Source: Mobula hypostoma
Taxonomy: Eukaryota
Direction of reading: 5' to 3'
Length of the DNA stretch: 64,000 bases
Assembly: GCF_963921235.1 (NCBI RefSeq)
Contig: NC_086097.1
Location: 241,430,001-241,494,000 of the forward strand
Made by a program: the position numbers and the translations under genes. Below, piece after piece: positions 12,916 through 22,546 of the stretch (positions are counted from its first letter, which is position 1; each line of letters starts with the position of its first letter). The notes beneath the pieces were generated by a model that made no database searches, was not told the DNA's origin, and worked only from the letters and a program-made list of their open reading frames with translations.

Positions 12916-13320
12916 TAATGGTTGGGGGTCACCCATCTTGTAAAGACACTGCCCAATGGTAAACCACTTCTGTAGAAAAATTTGCCAAGCACAATCGTGG
13001 TTATGAAAAGACCATGGTCGTCCACGTCATACAACACGGGACACAATGATGGTGATGATAATTTTAAAGTAATTGGAGGATGTCAGAGGCATGTTTTTTA
13101 ACACAGAGAGTGGTGGGTGTGGGGAATGCAATTCTAGAGATGGTGCTACAGGCAGATACGTTAGGGACATTTAAGAGACAATTAATAGGCACATAGATGA
13201 AAGAAAAATGGAAGGCTATGAAGGTGGGAAGGGGTTAGATTCACCTTAGAGTAGTCTAGAAAGTTGGCACAACATCGTGAGCCGAGGGGCTCGTTCTCAC
13301 TGTAATGTTCTATGTTCTAT

Positions 13321-13455
13321 TGGGCTTCCATCCAGGTGCAGGTATCAGTTATAACCAACATTTCAATGACAATCTATGCCCCGATACCTGTAATCGGCTG
13401 AAAGCCCAAGAGGAGTTTATTTGACATGTACGCCAGGGAAGCACTAGATCATTTT
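13321..13455. mobile_element. Fold-back remnant, probably from a second Penelope family
   Basis: Imperfect inverted repeat tgggcttccatccaggtgcaggtatc / gatacctgtaatcggctgaaagccca; degenerate GAAAUGUU on the minus arm. Confidence 0.45.
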
Positions 13456-13554
13456 TCTATGCTTTATGTTCTAAAAAGTGGAAATTAGTTGCATTCATCA
13501 TTGAAAAATCCTCCAAGAAGAACACAACTTTGTCACTGGGTACCTTAATAATCT

Positions 13555-13925
13555 GGAAAGCTATGTTGGCTGGAGTCAGGGCCTTGCACTTTGGCTCTTG
13601 GTAGGGTCACCTATGCCAAACAGGTCAAAGGGCAAAGGCCAGACTAAGAGTGGTCCACCAGTCCTCCAGGCTCAAGGGTTCAGCTCAGGGCTAACAACCC
13701 TGACTGGTAAAACAAAATTGTTACGGAAGCAGCAATGAAGAATCCTTCTACATCTGAGTGTGGTGGTATTCCTGAGTCTCCACCCAGGACTTACATGACT
13801 GACAGTAGTGAAAACTGAGAGGAAGCTACTGACGTGATGAAGGAAGCCCTGAAAACCGGCAGAGCTGGAGGGCCTTCATTGCTGCCCTAAACACCCGCGG
13901 CGAAATGAGCAGTAAGTAAGTAAAT
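13555..13925 (+). mobile_element. Internally deleted RTE-clade (Expander/Rex3-like) non-autonomous element
   Basis: RTE-like 5' UTR (cttggtagggtcacc...gggctaacaaccc) fused to an RTE-like 3' end tggagggccttcattgctgcccta...(taag)n; second copy at 62805-63060. Confidence 0.65.
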
Positions 13926-14467
13926 AACATAGAAAAGTATGAGAATCAGCAACAGTCTGCTTCATCATTGACATTCTGTCATTTCTATTTCATAACCAGG
14001 AGATAGATCAGGGAAACAGAGGCTACTGCTTAACCTTTACAGGGAATTATTCATGCAGACATGCATTTCCCTGTATTCCAGACTTCGGTGTCTTTTCAGA
14101 AGAGACAAGTTGCAGAATTAATAATAACTCCTACTCAAATGTCACATTCTGGTTGAACACGTTCTACCTACACGGATTTACACTGAAGTATGAAGGATGT
14201 TCTCTTTATTAGTAGTACTGTCAAGCACTGTCTGCTAATGTCCCCGTGAAGTGTTTTTAATATATTAGACGATTCCTGTAAAAGTTACTCGTTTCATTCA
14301 CCAGGATAGAACCTCAGGTTTAAAGGAAATAGCCACACGTTGAATGGCAATGGTTTCTATGGGTTATTTTGATTAATTTTCTGTTTTTGACAAGGCTGTG
14401 GAGAGAGGAATGGGTATCGAGCATGATTGAGGGGCTTGGGAGTGGGATTCCAGGGGAGTCGGTGATA

Positions 14468-16475
14468 AATACAAGTGATTTTCCAGATGCTGGAAATTCA
14501 GAGTAACACACACAAAATTCCTGAGGATTGGAGGGTGGCTAATGTAACCCCACTTTTTAAAAAAGGAGGGAGAGAGAAACCGGGGAATTATAGACCGGTT
14601 AGCCTAACGTCGGTGGTGGGGAAACTGCTGGAGTCAGTTATCAAGGATGTGATAACAGCACATTTGGAAAGCGGTGAAATGATCGGACAAAGTCAGCATG
14701 GATTTGTGAAAGGAAAATCATGTCTGACGAATCTCATAGAATTTTTTGAGGATGTAACGAGTAGAGTGGATAGGGGAGAACCAGTGGATGTGGTATATTT
14801 GGATTTTCAAAAGGCTTTTGACAAGGTCCCACACAGGAGATTAGTGTGCAAACTTAAAGCACACGGTATTGGGGGTAAGGTATTGGTGTGGGTGGAGAAT
14901 TGGTTAGCAGACAGGAAGCAAAGAGTGGGAATAAACGGGACCTTTTCAGAATGGCAGGCGGTGACTAGTGGGGTACCGCAAGGCTCAGTGCTGGGACCCC
15001 AGTTGTTTACAATATATATTAATGACTTGGATGAGGGAATTAAATGCAGCATCTCCAAGTTTGCGGATGACACGAAGCTGGGTGGCAGTGTTAGCAGTGA
15101 GGAGGATGCTAAGAGGATGCAGGGTGACTTGGATAGGTTGGGTGAGTGGGCAAATTCATGGCAGATGCAATTTAATGTGGATAAATGTGAAGTTATCCAC
15201 TTTGGTGGCAAAAATAGGAAAACAGATTATTATCTGAATGGTGGCCGATTAGGAAAAGGGGAGGTGCAACGAGACCTGGGTGTCATTATACACCAGTCAT
15301 TGAAAGTGGGCATGCAGGTACAGCAGGCGGTGAAAAAGGCGAATGGTATGCTGGCATTTATAGCGAGAGGATTCGAGTACAGGAGCAGGAAGGTACTACT
15401 GCAGTTGTACAAGGCCTTGGTGAGACCACACCTGGAGTATTGTGTGTAGTTTTTCTCCCCTAATCTGAGGAAAGACATCTTTGCCATAGAGGGAGTACAA
15501 AGAAGGTTCACCAGATTGATTCCTGGGATGGCAGGACTTTCATATGAAGAAAGACTGGATGAACTGGGCTTGTACTCGTTGGAATTTAGAAGATTGAGGG
15601 GGGATCTGATTGAAACGTATAAGATCCTAAAGGGATTGGACAGGCTAGATGCAGGAAGATTGTTCCCGATGTTGGGGAAGTCCAGAACGAGGGGTCACAG
15701 TTTGAGGATAGAGGGGAAGCCTTTTAGGACCGAGATTAGGAAAAACTTCTTCACACAGAGAGTGGTGAATCTGTGGAATTCTCTGCCACAAGAAACTGTT
15801 GAGGCCAGTTCATTGGCTATGTTTAAGAGGGAGTTAGATATGGCCCTTGTGGCTACAGGGGTCAGGGGGTATGGAGGGAAGGCTGGGGCGGGGTTCTGAG
15901 TTGGATGATCAGCCATGATCATAATAAATGGTGGTGCAGGCTCGAAGGGCCGAATGGCCTACTCCTGCACCTATTTTCTATGTCTCTATGTTTCTAAAAT
16001 GCCGGAGAAACTCAGCGAGTCAGGCAGCATCTATGGAAATGAATAAACAGTCAATGTTTCAGGCTGAGACCCTTCTTCAGCACGGGAAAGAAAGGGGCAG
16101 GAGCCAGAATAAGAAGGTGGAGGGAGGGGAAGAAGTATGATCCGGTAGGTGATAGGTGAAGACAGGAAAGAGGGAAGATGGGAGGGTAGAGGATAAGGCT
16201 GAAGCTGGGAAGTGGTAAATGGCTGAAGCAGAGGAATCTGAGAGCAGAGGAGAGTGGACCATGGGAGAAAGGGAAGGAGGGGAACCAGAGGAAGGTGATG
16301 AGATGAGAAAGGGGTAAGAGGGGAAGCCAGATTGGAGACTGGAAAAGAGGGAAGGGGATGGGGCAAATGACCAGCGGCTAGAAAGACTGATGATCATGCC
16401 ATTATTTGAAGGCTACCCTGATGGAATACTCCTCCAGCCTGGGAGTGGACTCATCATGACCGTAGAGGCAGCTAT
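14468..16475 (-). mobile_element. Penelope 3' fragment (GIY-YIG end plus pLTR), split by the CR1 at 14519-15995
   Basis: pLTR sequence ...cacacaaaat | aaaatgccggagaaactcagc... is continuous across the CR1; degenerate hammerhead at 16049-16084. Confidence 0.8.
14519..15995 (+). mobile_element. Young 5'-truncated CR1 (RT to tail) with one premature stop
   Basis: ORFs 14475-15449 and 15516-15899 are nearly identical to the ORF2 C-terminal half at 18726-20101; TSD aaaat at 14514-14518 and 15996-16000. Confidence 0.95.
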
Positions 16476-16849
16476 AGACCAACATTCTTCTGAACCCCAA
16501 TGAGTACAGGCCCAGAGCCATCAAACACTTCTCATACATTCGCCCTTTATTCTCAGAATCATTTTCATAAAACTCCTCTGGAACCACTCCAAATTTAACA
16601 CATCCTTTCTTAGATAGGGGGCCAAAACTCCTCACAATACTCCAAATGCTGTCGGACCAATGCCTTAAAAAGCCTTAAGGGATAATAGGGACAGCACTTC
16701 AACTCCACACATTGCCACAACCAAGGTATGAGGTCGAGCCCTTCCTGACTCCCTCCCCAGTGCCTGACCAGATGGTTAAGGATTGCAGCTGACGTGCATC
16801 AGGAGACACAGGCAAGAATACAGTCACACACTCACACACACAAGGAAAT

Positions 16850-17355
16850 CTCACGGCATCCTCTACTGTAAAGATGAAGCCACACTCAGGTTGGAGGAAC
16901 AACACCTTATATTCCGTTTGGATAGCCTCCAACCTGATGGCATGAACATCGACTTCTCTAACTTCCGCTAATGCCCCACTTCCCCCTCGTACCCCATCCC
17001 TTATTTATTTATTTATACACACATTCTTTTTCTCTCTCTCCTTTTTCTCCCTCTGTCCCTCTCACTATACTCCTTGCCCATCCTCTGGGTTTTCCCCCCC
17101 TCCCCCTTTTCTTTCTCCCTGGGCCTCCTGTCCCATGATCCTCTCATATCCCTTTTGCCAATCACCTGTCCAGCTCTTGGCTCTATCCCTCCCCCTCCTG
17201 TCTTCTCCTATCATTTTGGATCTCCCCCTCTCTCTTACTAACTCTTCCTTCAGTTAGTCCTGACGAAGGGTCTCGGCCTGAAACGTCGACTGTACCTCTT
17301 CCTAGAGATGCTGCCTGACCTGCTGTGTTCACCAGCAACTTTGATGTGTGTTGCA
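16850..17355 (+). mobile_element. Penelope 3' fragment with pLTR
   Basis: HGILYCKDEATLRLEEQHLIFRLDSLQPDGMNIDFSNFR* matches the C-terminus of the Penelope ORF at 51407; closely matches 46250-46798 (-). Confidence 0.9.
17256..17291 (+). ncRNA. Minimal type I hammerhead ribozyme motif in Penelope pLTR
   Basis: AGUC-CUGACGA-A-GGGU CUCG GCCU-GAAAC-GUC-GACU: full core, stem I AGUC/GACU, 4-bp stem II. Confidence 0.8.
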
Positions 17356-18725
17356 AGAAAACAGTAACTGTTTTTAAAATGTATAAAACATATTTCTGAA
17401 TAAAGAGCATTTCTGTAGTTTCACCTACCCACCATTCACCTGTAGTAATGAATTCAATTTGTCAAAGTTGAAAGTAAATTTATTATCAAAGTACATATAT
17501 GTCACTATATACAGCCTTGAGATTCATGTTCTTGCCGCCATACTTAATAAATTCCTAGAATAACAACGATAACAGAATCAATAAAAGATCGCATCAACCT
17601 GGGCTTTCAATCAGTGTGCAAATGACAACAAAATGTGCATATACAATAAGAAGGAAATAATAGTAACAAATAAATAAGCAATAAATACATGAGATTAAGA
17701 GTCTTGAAAGGAAGTCCATAGGTCATTGATTGGAGTACTGCACAGACACAACAGAAGCGTTCTCCTGCAGGTGTAAAAACCCGTTCTCTATAAAAGAGAG
17801 GTACCGTCTAGAGGAGCGGTCGTTGTTGGAGTAGTCTGAATCAGAGTAGTAAGGCTTTGGTTCAACAAGGCTTCGGCGAGAACAGGCGGAGGCGAGGTAA
17901 ATAGGTTATTTCCTATTTTTTTTCTGAATTAACTCTTGAGAGTAAAGGGGAAATGTCTACAGGCCAGAGTTCTGCTCTGGGTGTCTGATGTGGGATTTCC
18001 AGGAGAATTCCAGCCTCCCCGTTGGCCACATCTGTACCAGGTGCATTGAGATGCAGCTCCTCAGAGACCATGTTAGGGAACTGGAGCTTCAACTTAATGA
18101 CTTTCAATTTGTTCGGGACAATGAAGAGGTGATAGACAGGAGCTACAGAGAGGTCTCGAAGGCTACAGGAGACAGATAAATGGGTGACTGTCAGGAGAGG
18201 GAAGGGAGAACATCAGATAGTGTAAAGCACCCCTGTGGCTGTCCCCACCAACAATAGGTACTCCATTTTAAGAACTGTTGGGGTGTTTGACCTACCTGAG
18301 AGAAGCAACAATGACCGTGGCTCTGACACTGAGTCTGGCCCTTTGGGTCAGGAGGGCAGGAAACTGAAGAGGATGGCAGCAGTAATAGGGGACTCTGTAG
18401 TTAGGGGGACAGATAAGCGATTCTGTGGATATGAAAAGGAAAGACGGATGGTAGTTTGCCTCCCAGGTGCCAGGGTCTGCGATATTTCTGAACACGTCCA
18501 CAATATCCTGAAATGGGAGGGTGAGCAGCCAGAGGTTGTGGTCATTATTGGTACCAAAGACACAGGGAGAAAAAGGGAGGAGATCCTGAAAACAGAATAC
18601 AGGGAGTTAGGAAGGAAGCTGAGAAACATAGAAACATAGAAACATAGAAAATAGGTGCAGGAGTAGGCCATTCGGCCCTTCGAGCCTGCACCGCCATTTA
18701 TTATGATCATGGCTGATCATCCAAC

Positions 18726-21700
18726 TCAGAACCCAGCCTTCCCTCCATACCCCCTGACCCCTGTAGCCACAAGGGCCATATCTAACTTCCTTTTAAACAT
18801 AGCTAATGAACTGGCCTCAACAGTTTGCTGTGGCAGAGAATTCCACAGATTCACCACTCTCTGTGTGAAGAAGTTTTTCCTAACCTCGGTCCTAAAAGGC
18901 TTCCCCTCTATCCTCAAACTGTGACCCCTCGTTCTAGACCTCCCCAACATCGGGAACAATCTTCCCGCATCTAGCCTGTCCAATCCCTTTAGGATCTTAT
19001 ACGTTTCAATCAGATTCCCCCTCAATCTTCTAAATTCCAACGAGTACAAGCCCAGTTCATCCAGTCTTTCTTCATATGAAAGACCTGCCATCCCAGGAAT
19101 CAATCTGGTGAACCTTCTTTGTACTCCCTCTATGGCAAAGATGTCTTTCCTCAGATTAGGGGACCAAAACTGCACACAATACTCCAGGTGTGGTCTCACC
19201 AAGGCCTTGTACAACTGCAGTAGTACCTCCCTGCTCCTGTACTCGAATCCTCTCGCTATAAATGCCAGCATACCGTTCGCCTTTTTCACCGCCTGCTGTA
19301 CCTGCATGCCCACTTTCAATGACTGGTGTATAATGACACCCAGGTCTCGTTGCACCTCCCCTTTTCCTAATCGGCCACCATTCAGATAATAATCTGTTTT
19401 CCTATTTTTGCCACCAAAGTGGATAACTTCACATTTATCCACATTAAATTGCATCTGCCATGAGTTTGCCCACTCACCCAACCTATCCAAGTCACCCTGC
19501 ATCCTCTTAGCATCCTCCTCACTGCTAACACTGCCACCCAGCTTCGTGTCATCCGCAAACTTGGAGATGCTGCATTTAATTCCCTCATCCAAGTCATTAA
19601 TATATATTGTAAACAACTGGGGTCCCAGCACTGAGCCTTGCGGTACCCCACTAGTCACCGCCTGCCATTCTGAAAAGGTCCCGTTTATTCCCACTCTTTG
19701 CTTCCTGTCTGCTAACCAATTCTCCACCCACACCAATACCTTACCCCCAATACCGTGTGCTTTAAGTTTGCACACTAATCTCCTGTGTGGGACTTTGTCA
19801 AAAGCCTTTTGAAAATCCAAATATACCACATCCACTGGTTCTCCCCTATCCACTCTACTAGTTACATCCTCAAAAAATTCTATGAGATTCGTCAGACATG
19901 ATTTTCCTTTCACAAATCCATGCTGACTTTGTCCGATCATTTCACCGCTTTCCAAATGTGCTGTTATCACATCCTTGATAACTGACTCCAGCAGTTTCCC
20001 CACCACCGACGTTAGGCTAACCGGCCTATAATTCCCCGGTTTCTCTCTCCCTCCTTTTTTAAAAAGTGGGGTTACATTAGCCACCCTCCAATCCTCAGGA
20101 ACTAGTCCAGAATCTAACGAGTTTTGAAAAATTATCACTAATGCATCCACTATTTCTTGGGCCACTTCCTTAAGCACTCTGGGATGCAGACCATCTGGCC
20201 CTGGGGATTTATCTGCCTTCAATCCCTTCAATTTACCTAACACCACTTCCCTACTAACATGTATTTCGCTCAGTTCCTCCATCTCACTGGACCCTCTGTC
20301 CCTTACTATTTCTGGAAGATTATTTATGTCCTCCTTAGTGAAGACAGAACCAAAGTAATTATTCAATTGGTCTGCCATGTCCTTGCTCCCCATAATCAAT
20401 TCACCTGTTTCTGTTTGCAGGGGACCTACATTTGTCTTTATCAGTCTTTTCCTTTTTACATATCTATAAAAGCTTTTACAGTCCGTTTTTATGTTCTCTG
20501 CCAGTTTTCTCTCATAATCTTTTTTCCCCTTCCTAATTAAGCCCTTTGTCCTCCTCTGCTGAACTCTGAATTTCTCCCAGTCCTCAGGTGAGCCACTTTC
20601 TCTGGCTAATTTGTATGCTACTTCTTTGGAATTGATACTATCCCTAATTTCTCTTGTCAGCCACGGGTGCACTACCTTCCTTGATTTATTCTTTTGCCAA
20701 ACTGGGATGAACAATTGTTGTAGTTCATCCATGCAACCTTTAAATGCCTGCCATTGCATATCCACCGTCAATCCTTGAAGTGTCATTTGCCAGTCTATCT
20801 TAGCTAATTCACGTCTCATACCTTCAAAGTTACCCCTCTTTAAGTTCAGAACCTTTGTTTCTGAATTAACTACGTCACTCTCCATGTTAATGAAGAATTC
20901 CACCATATTATGGTCACTCTTACCCAAGGGGCCTCTCACGACAAGATCGCTAATTAACCCTTCCTCATTGCTCAAAACCCAGTCCAGAATAGCCTGCTCT
21001 CTAGTCGGTTCCTCGACATGTTGGTTCAAAAAACCATCCCGCATACATTCCAAGAAATCCTCTTCCTCAGCACCTTTACCAATTTGGTTCACCCAGTCTA
21101 CATGTAGATTGAAGTCACCCATTATAACTGCTGTTCCTTTATTGCACACATTTCTAATTTCCTGTTTAATACCATCTCCGACCTCACTACTACTGTTAGG
21201 TGGCCTGTACACAACTCCCACCAGCGTCTTCTGCCCCTTAGTGTTACGCAGCTCTACCCATATCGATTCCACATCTTCCTGGCTTATGTCCTTCCTTTCT
21301 ATTGCGTTAATCTCTTTTTTAACCAGCAGCGCCACCCCACCTCCCCTTCCTTCATGTCTATCCCTCCTGAATATTGAATATCCCTGAACGTTGAGCTCCC
21401 ATCCCTGGTCACCCTGGAGCCATGTCTCTGTGATCCCAACTATATCATAATCATTAATAACAATCTGCATTTTCAATTCATCCACCTTATTACGAATGCT
21501 CCTTGCATTGACACATAAAGCCTTCAGGCGCTCTTTTACAACTCTCTTAGCCCTTTTTAATGCTTGCCCTGGATTTGTCGGCCTGCCACTTTTACTTTTC
21601 CCCTTTGTACTTTTTGCTTCTTCGCTCACTTTACACCCCTCTGTCTCTCTGCTCTGGTTCCCATCCCTCTGTTGTGAACTAACCTCCTCACACCTAGCCG

Positions 21701-21746
21701 CTTTAATTTGATTCCCACCCCCCAACCATTCTAGTTTAAAGTCACC
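18726..21746 (-). CDS. CR1 ORF2: AP-endonuclease plus reverse transcriptase (stop-to-stop frame; no AUG before the endonuclease)
   Basis: LCVNARS, GITETW, GVVYRPP, MGDFN, ILDWVL, SDH (APE); [30 protein letters not shown] (RT). Confidence 0.95.
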   Translation of the reverse strand, partial: GDFKLEWLGGGNQIKAARCEEVSSQQRDGNQSRETEGCKVSEEAKSTKGKSKSGRPTNPGQALKRAKRVVKERLKALCVNARSIRNKVDELKMQIVINDYDIVGITETWLQGDQGWELNVQGYSIFRRDRHEGRGGGVALLVKKEINAIERKDISQEDVESIWVELRNTKGQKTLVGVVYRPPNSSSEVGDGIKQEIRNVCNKGTAVIMGDFNLHVDWVNQIGKGAEEEDFLECMRDGFLNQHVEEPTREQAILDWVLSNEEGLISDLVVRGPLGKSDHNMVEFFINMESDVVNSETKVLNLKRGNFEGMRRELAKIDWQMTLQGLTVDMQWQAFKGCMDELQQLFIPVWQKNKSRKVVHPWLTREIRDSINSKEVAYKLARESGSPEDWEKFRVQQRRTKGLIRKGKKDYERKLAENIKTDCKSFYRYVKRKRLIKTNVGPLQTETGELIMGSKDMADQLNNYFGSVFTKEDINNLPEIVRDRGSSEMEELSEIHVSREVVLGKLKGLKADKSPGPDGLHPRVLKEVAQEIVDALVIIFQNSLDSGLVPEDWRVANVTPLFKKGGREKPGNYRPVSLTSVVGKLLESVIKDVITAHLESGEMIGQSQHGFVKGKSCLTNLIEFFEDVTSRVDRGEPVDVVYLDFQKAFDKVPHRRLVCKLKAHGIGGKVLVWVENWLADRKQRVGINGTFSEWQAVTSGVPQGSVLGPQLFTIYINDLDEGIKCSISKFADDTKLGGSVSSEEDAKRMQGDLDRLGEWANSWQMQFNVDKCEVIHFGGKNRKTDYYLNGGRLGKGEVQRDLGVIIHQSLKVGMQVQQAVKKANGMLAFIARGFEYRSREVLLQLYKALVRPHLEYCVQFWSPNLRKDIFAIEGVQRRFTRLIPGMAGLSYEERLDELGLYSLEFRRLRGNLIETYKILKGLDRLDAGRLFPMLGRSRTRGHSLRIEGKPFRTEVRKNFFTQRVVNLWNSLPQQTVEASSLAMFKRKLDMALVATGVRGYGGKAGF

Positions 21747-22546
21747 TCAGTAGCCCCCGCTAATCTCCCTGCCAGGATATTGGTCCCCCTAGGATTTAAG
21801 TGTAACCCGTCCTTTTTGTACAGGTCACACCTGCGCCAAAAGAGGTCCCAATGATCCAAAAACTTGAATCCCTGCCCCCTGCTCCAATCCCTCAGCCACG
21901 CATTTATCCTCCACCTCATCGCATTCCTACTCTCACTGTCGCGTGGCACAGGCAGTAATCCCGAGATTACTACCTTTGCGGTCCTTTTTCTCAACTCCCT
22001 TCCTAGCTCCCTATATTCTTCTTTCAGGACCTCATCCCTTTTCCTACCTATGTCATTGGTACCTATATGTACCAGGACCTCTGGCTCTTCACCCTCCCAC
22101 TTCAGGATATCTTGGACACGATCAGAAATATCCCGGACCCTGGCACCAGGGAGGCAAACTACCATCCGAGTCTCTGGACTGCGTCCACAGAATCGCCTAT
22201 CTGACCCCCTTACTATCGAGTCCCCTATCACAACTGCCCTCCTCTTCCTTGCCCTACCCTTCTGAGCTACAGGGCCAGACTCTGTGCCGGAGGCACGGCC
22301 ACTGTCGCTTCCCCCGGGTAAGCTGTCCCCCCCAACAGTACTCAAACAGGAGTACCTGTTGTTAAGGGGCACAGCCGCCGGGGTACTCCCCATCACCTGC
22401 CTTTTCCCCTTCCCCCTCCTAACCGTGACCCACTTGTCTGCCTCCCGTGGCCCCGGCGTGACCACCTGCCTTCCACTCCTCTCTATCACCTCCTCGCTCT
22501 CCCTGACCAGACGAAGGTCATCGAGCTGCAGCTCCAGTTCCGTAAC
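21731..22546 (-). CDS. CR1 ORF1 (coiled coil plus SGNH esterase domain), N-terminal Zn-finger lost by truncation
   Basis: GDSIVRG, HIGTND and DGLHLN SGNH blocks; frame is open up to the truncation point. Confidence 0.9.
   Translation of the reverse strand, partial: VTELELQLDDLRLVRESEEVIERSGRQVVTPGPREADKWVTVRRGKGKRQVMGSTPAAVPLNNRYSCLSTVGGDSLPGGSDSGRASGTESGPVAQKGRARKRRAVVIGDSIVRGSDRRFCGRSPETRMVVCLPGARVRDISDRVQDILKWEGEEPEVLVHIGTNDIGRKRDEVLKEEYRELGRELRKRTAKVVISGLLPVPRDSESRNAMRWRINAWLRDWSRGQGFKFLDHWDLFWRRCDLYKKDGLHLNPRGTNILAGRLAGATEVTLN

Larger units (their letters stand above)
10906..13057 (+). mobile_element. Non-coding, probably RTE-related retroposon (10906-11125 and 12915-13057) carrying nested insertions; itself inside a CR1 3' fragment
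   Basis: 11-bp TSD ataattttaaa at 10895-10905 and 13058-13068; 3' part ggtaaaccacttctgtagaaaaatttgccaag...(tga)n; second copy at ~45925-46225 plus ~49497-49560. Confidence 0.6.
18626..22546 (-). mobile_element. Young CR1 LINE, 5'-truncated within ORF1, with intact ORF2
   Basis: Tail (tttctatg)3; short TSD agaa at 18622-18625 and 22555-22558; two uninterrupted ORFs. Confidence 0.97.

Noticed and set aside
14475..14518. Apparent N-terminus (MIFQMLEIQSNTHKI) for the 324-aa RT ORF
   Set aside because: Derived from the antisense Penelope pLTR flank, not a real start
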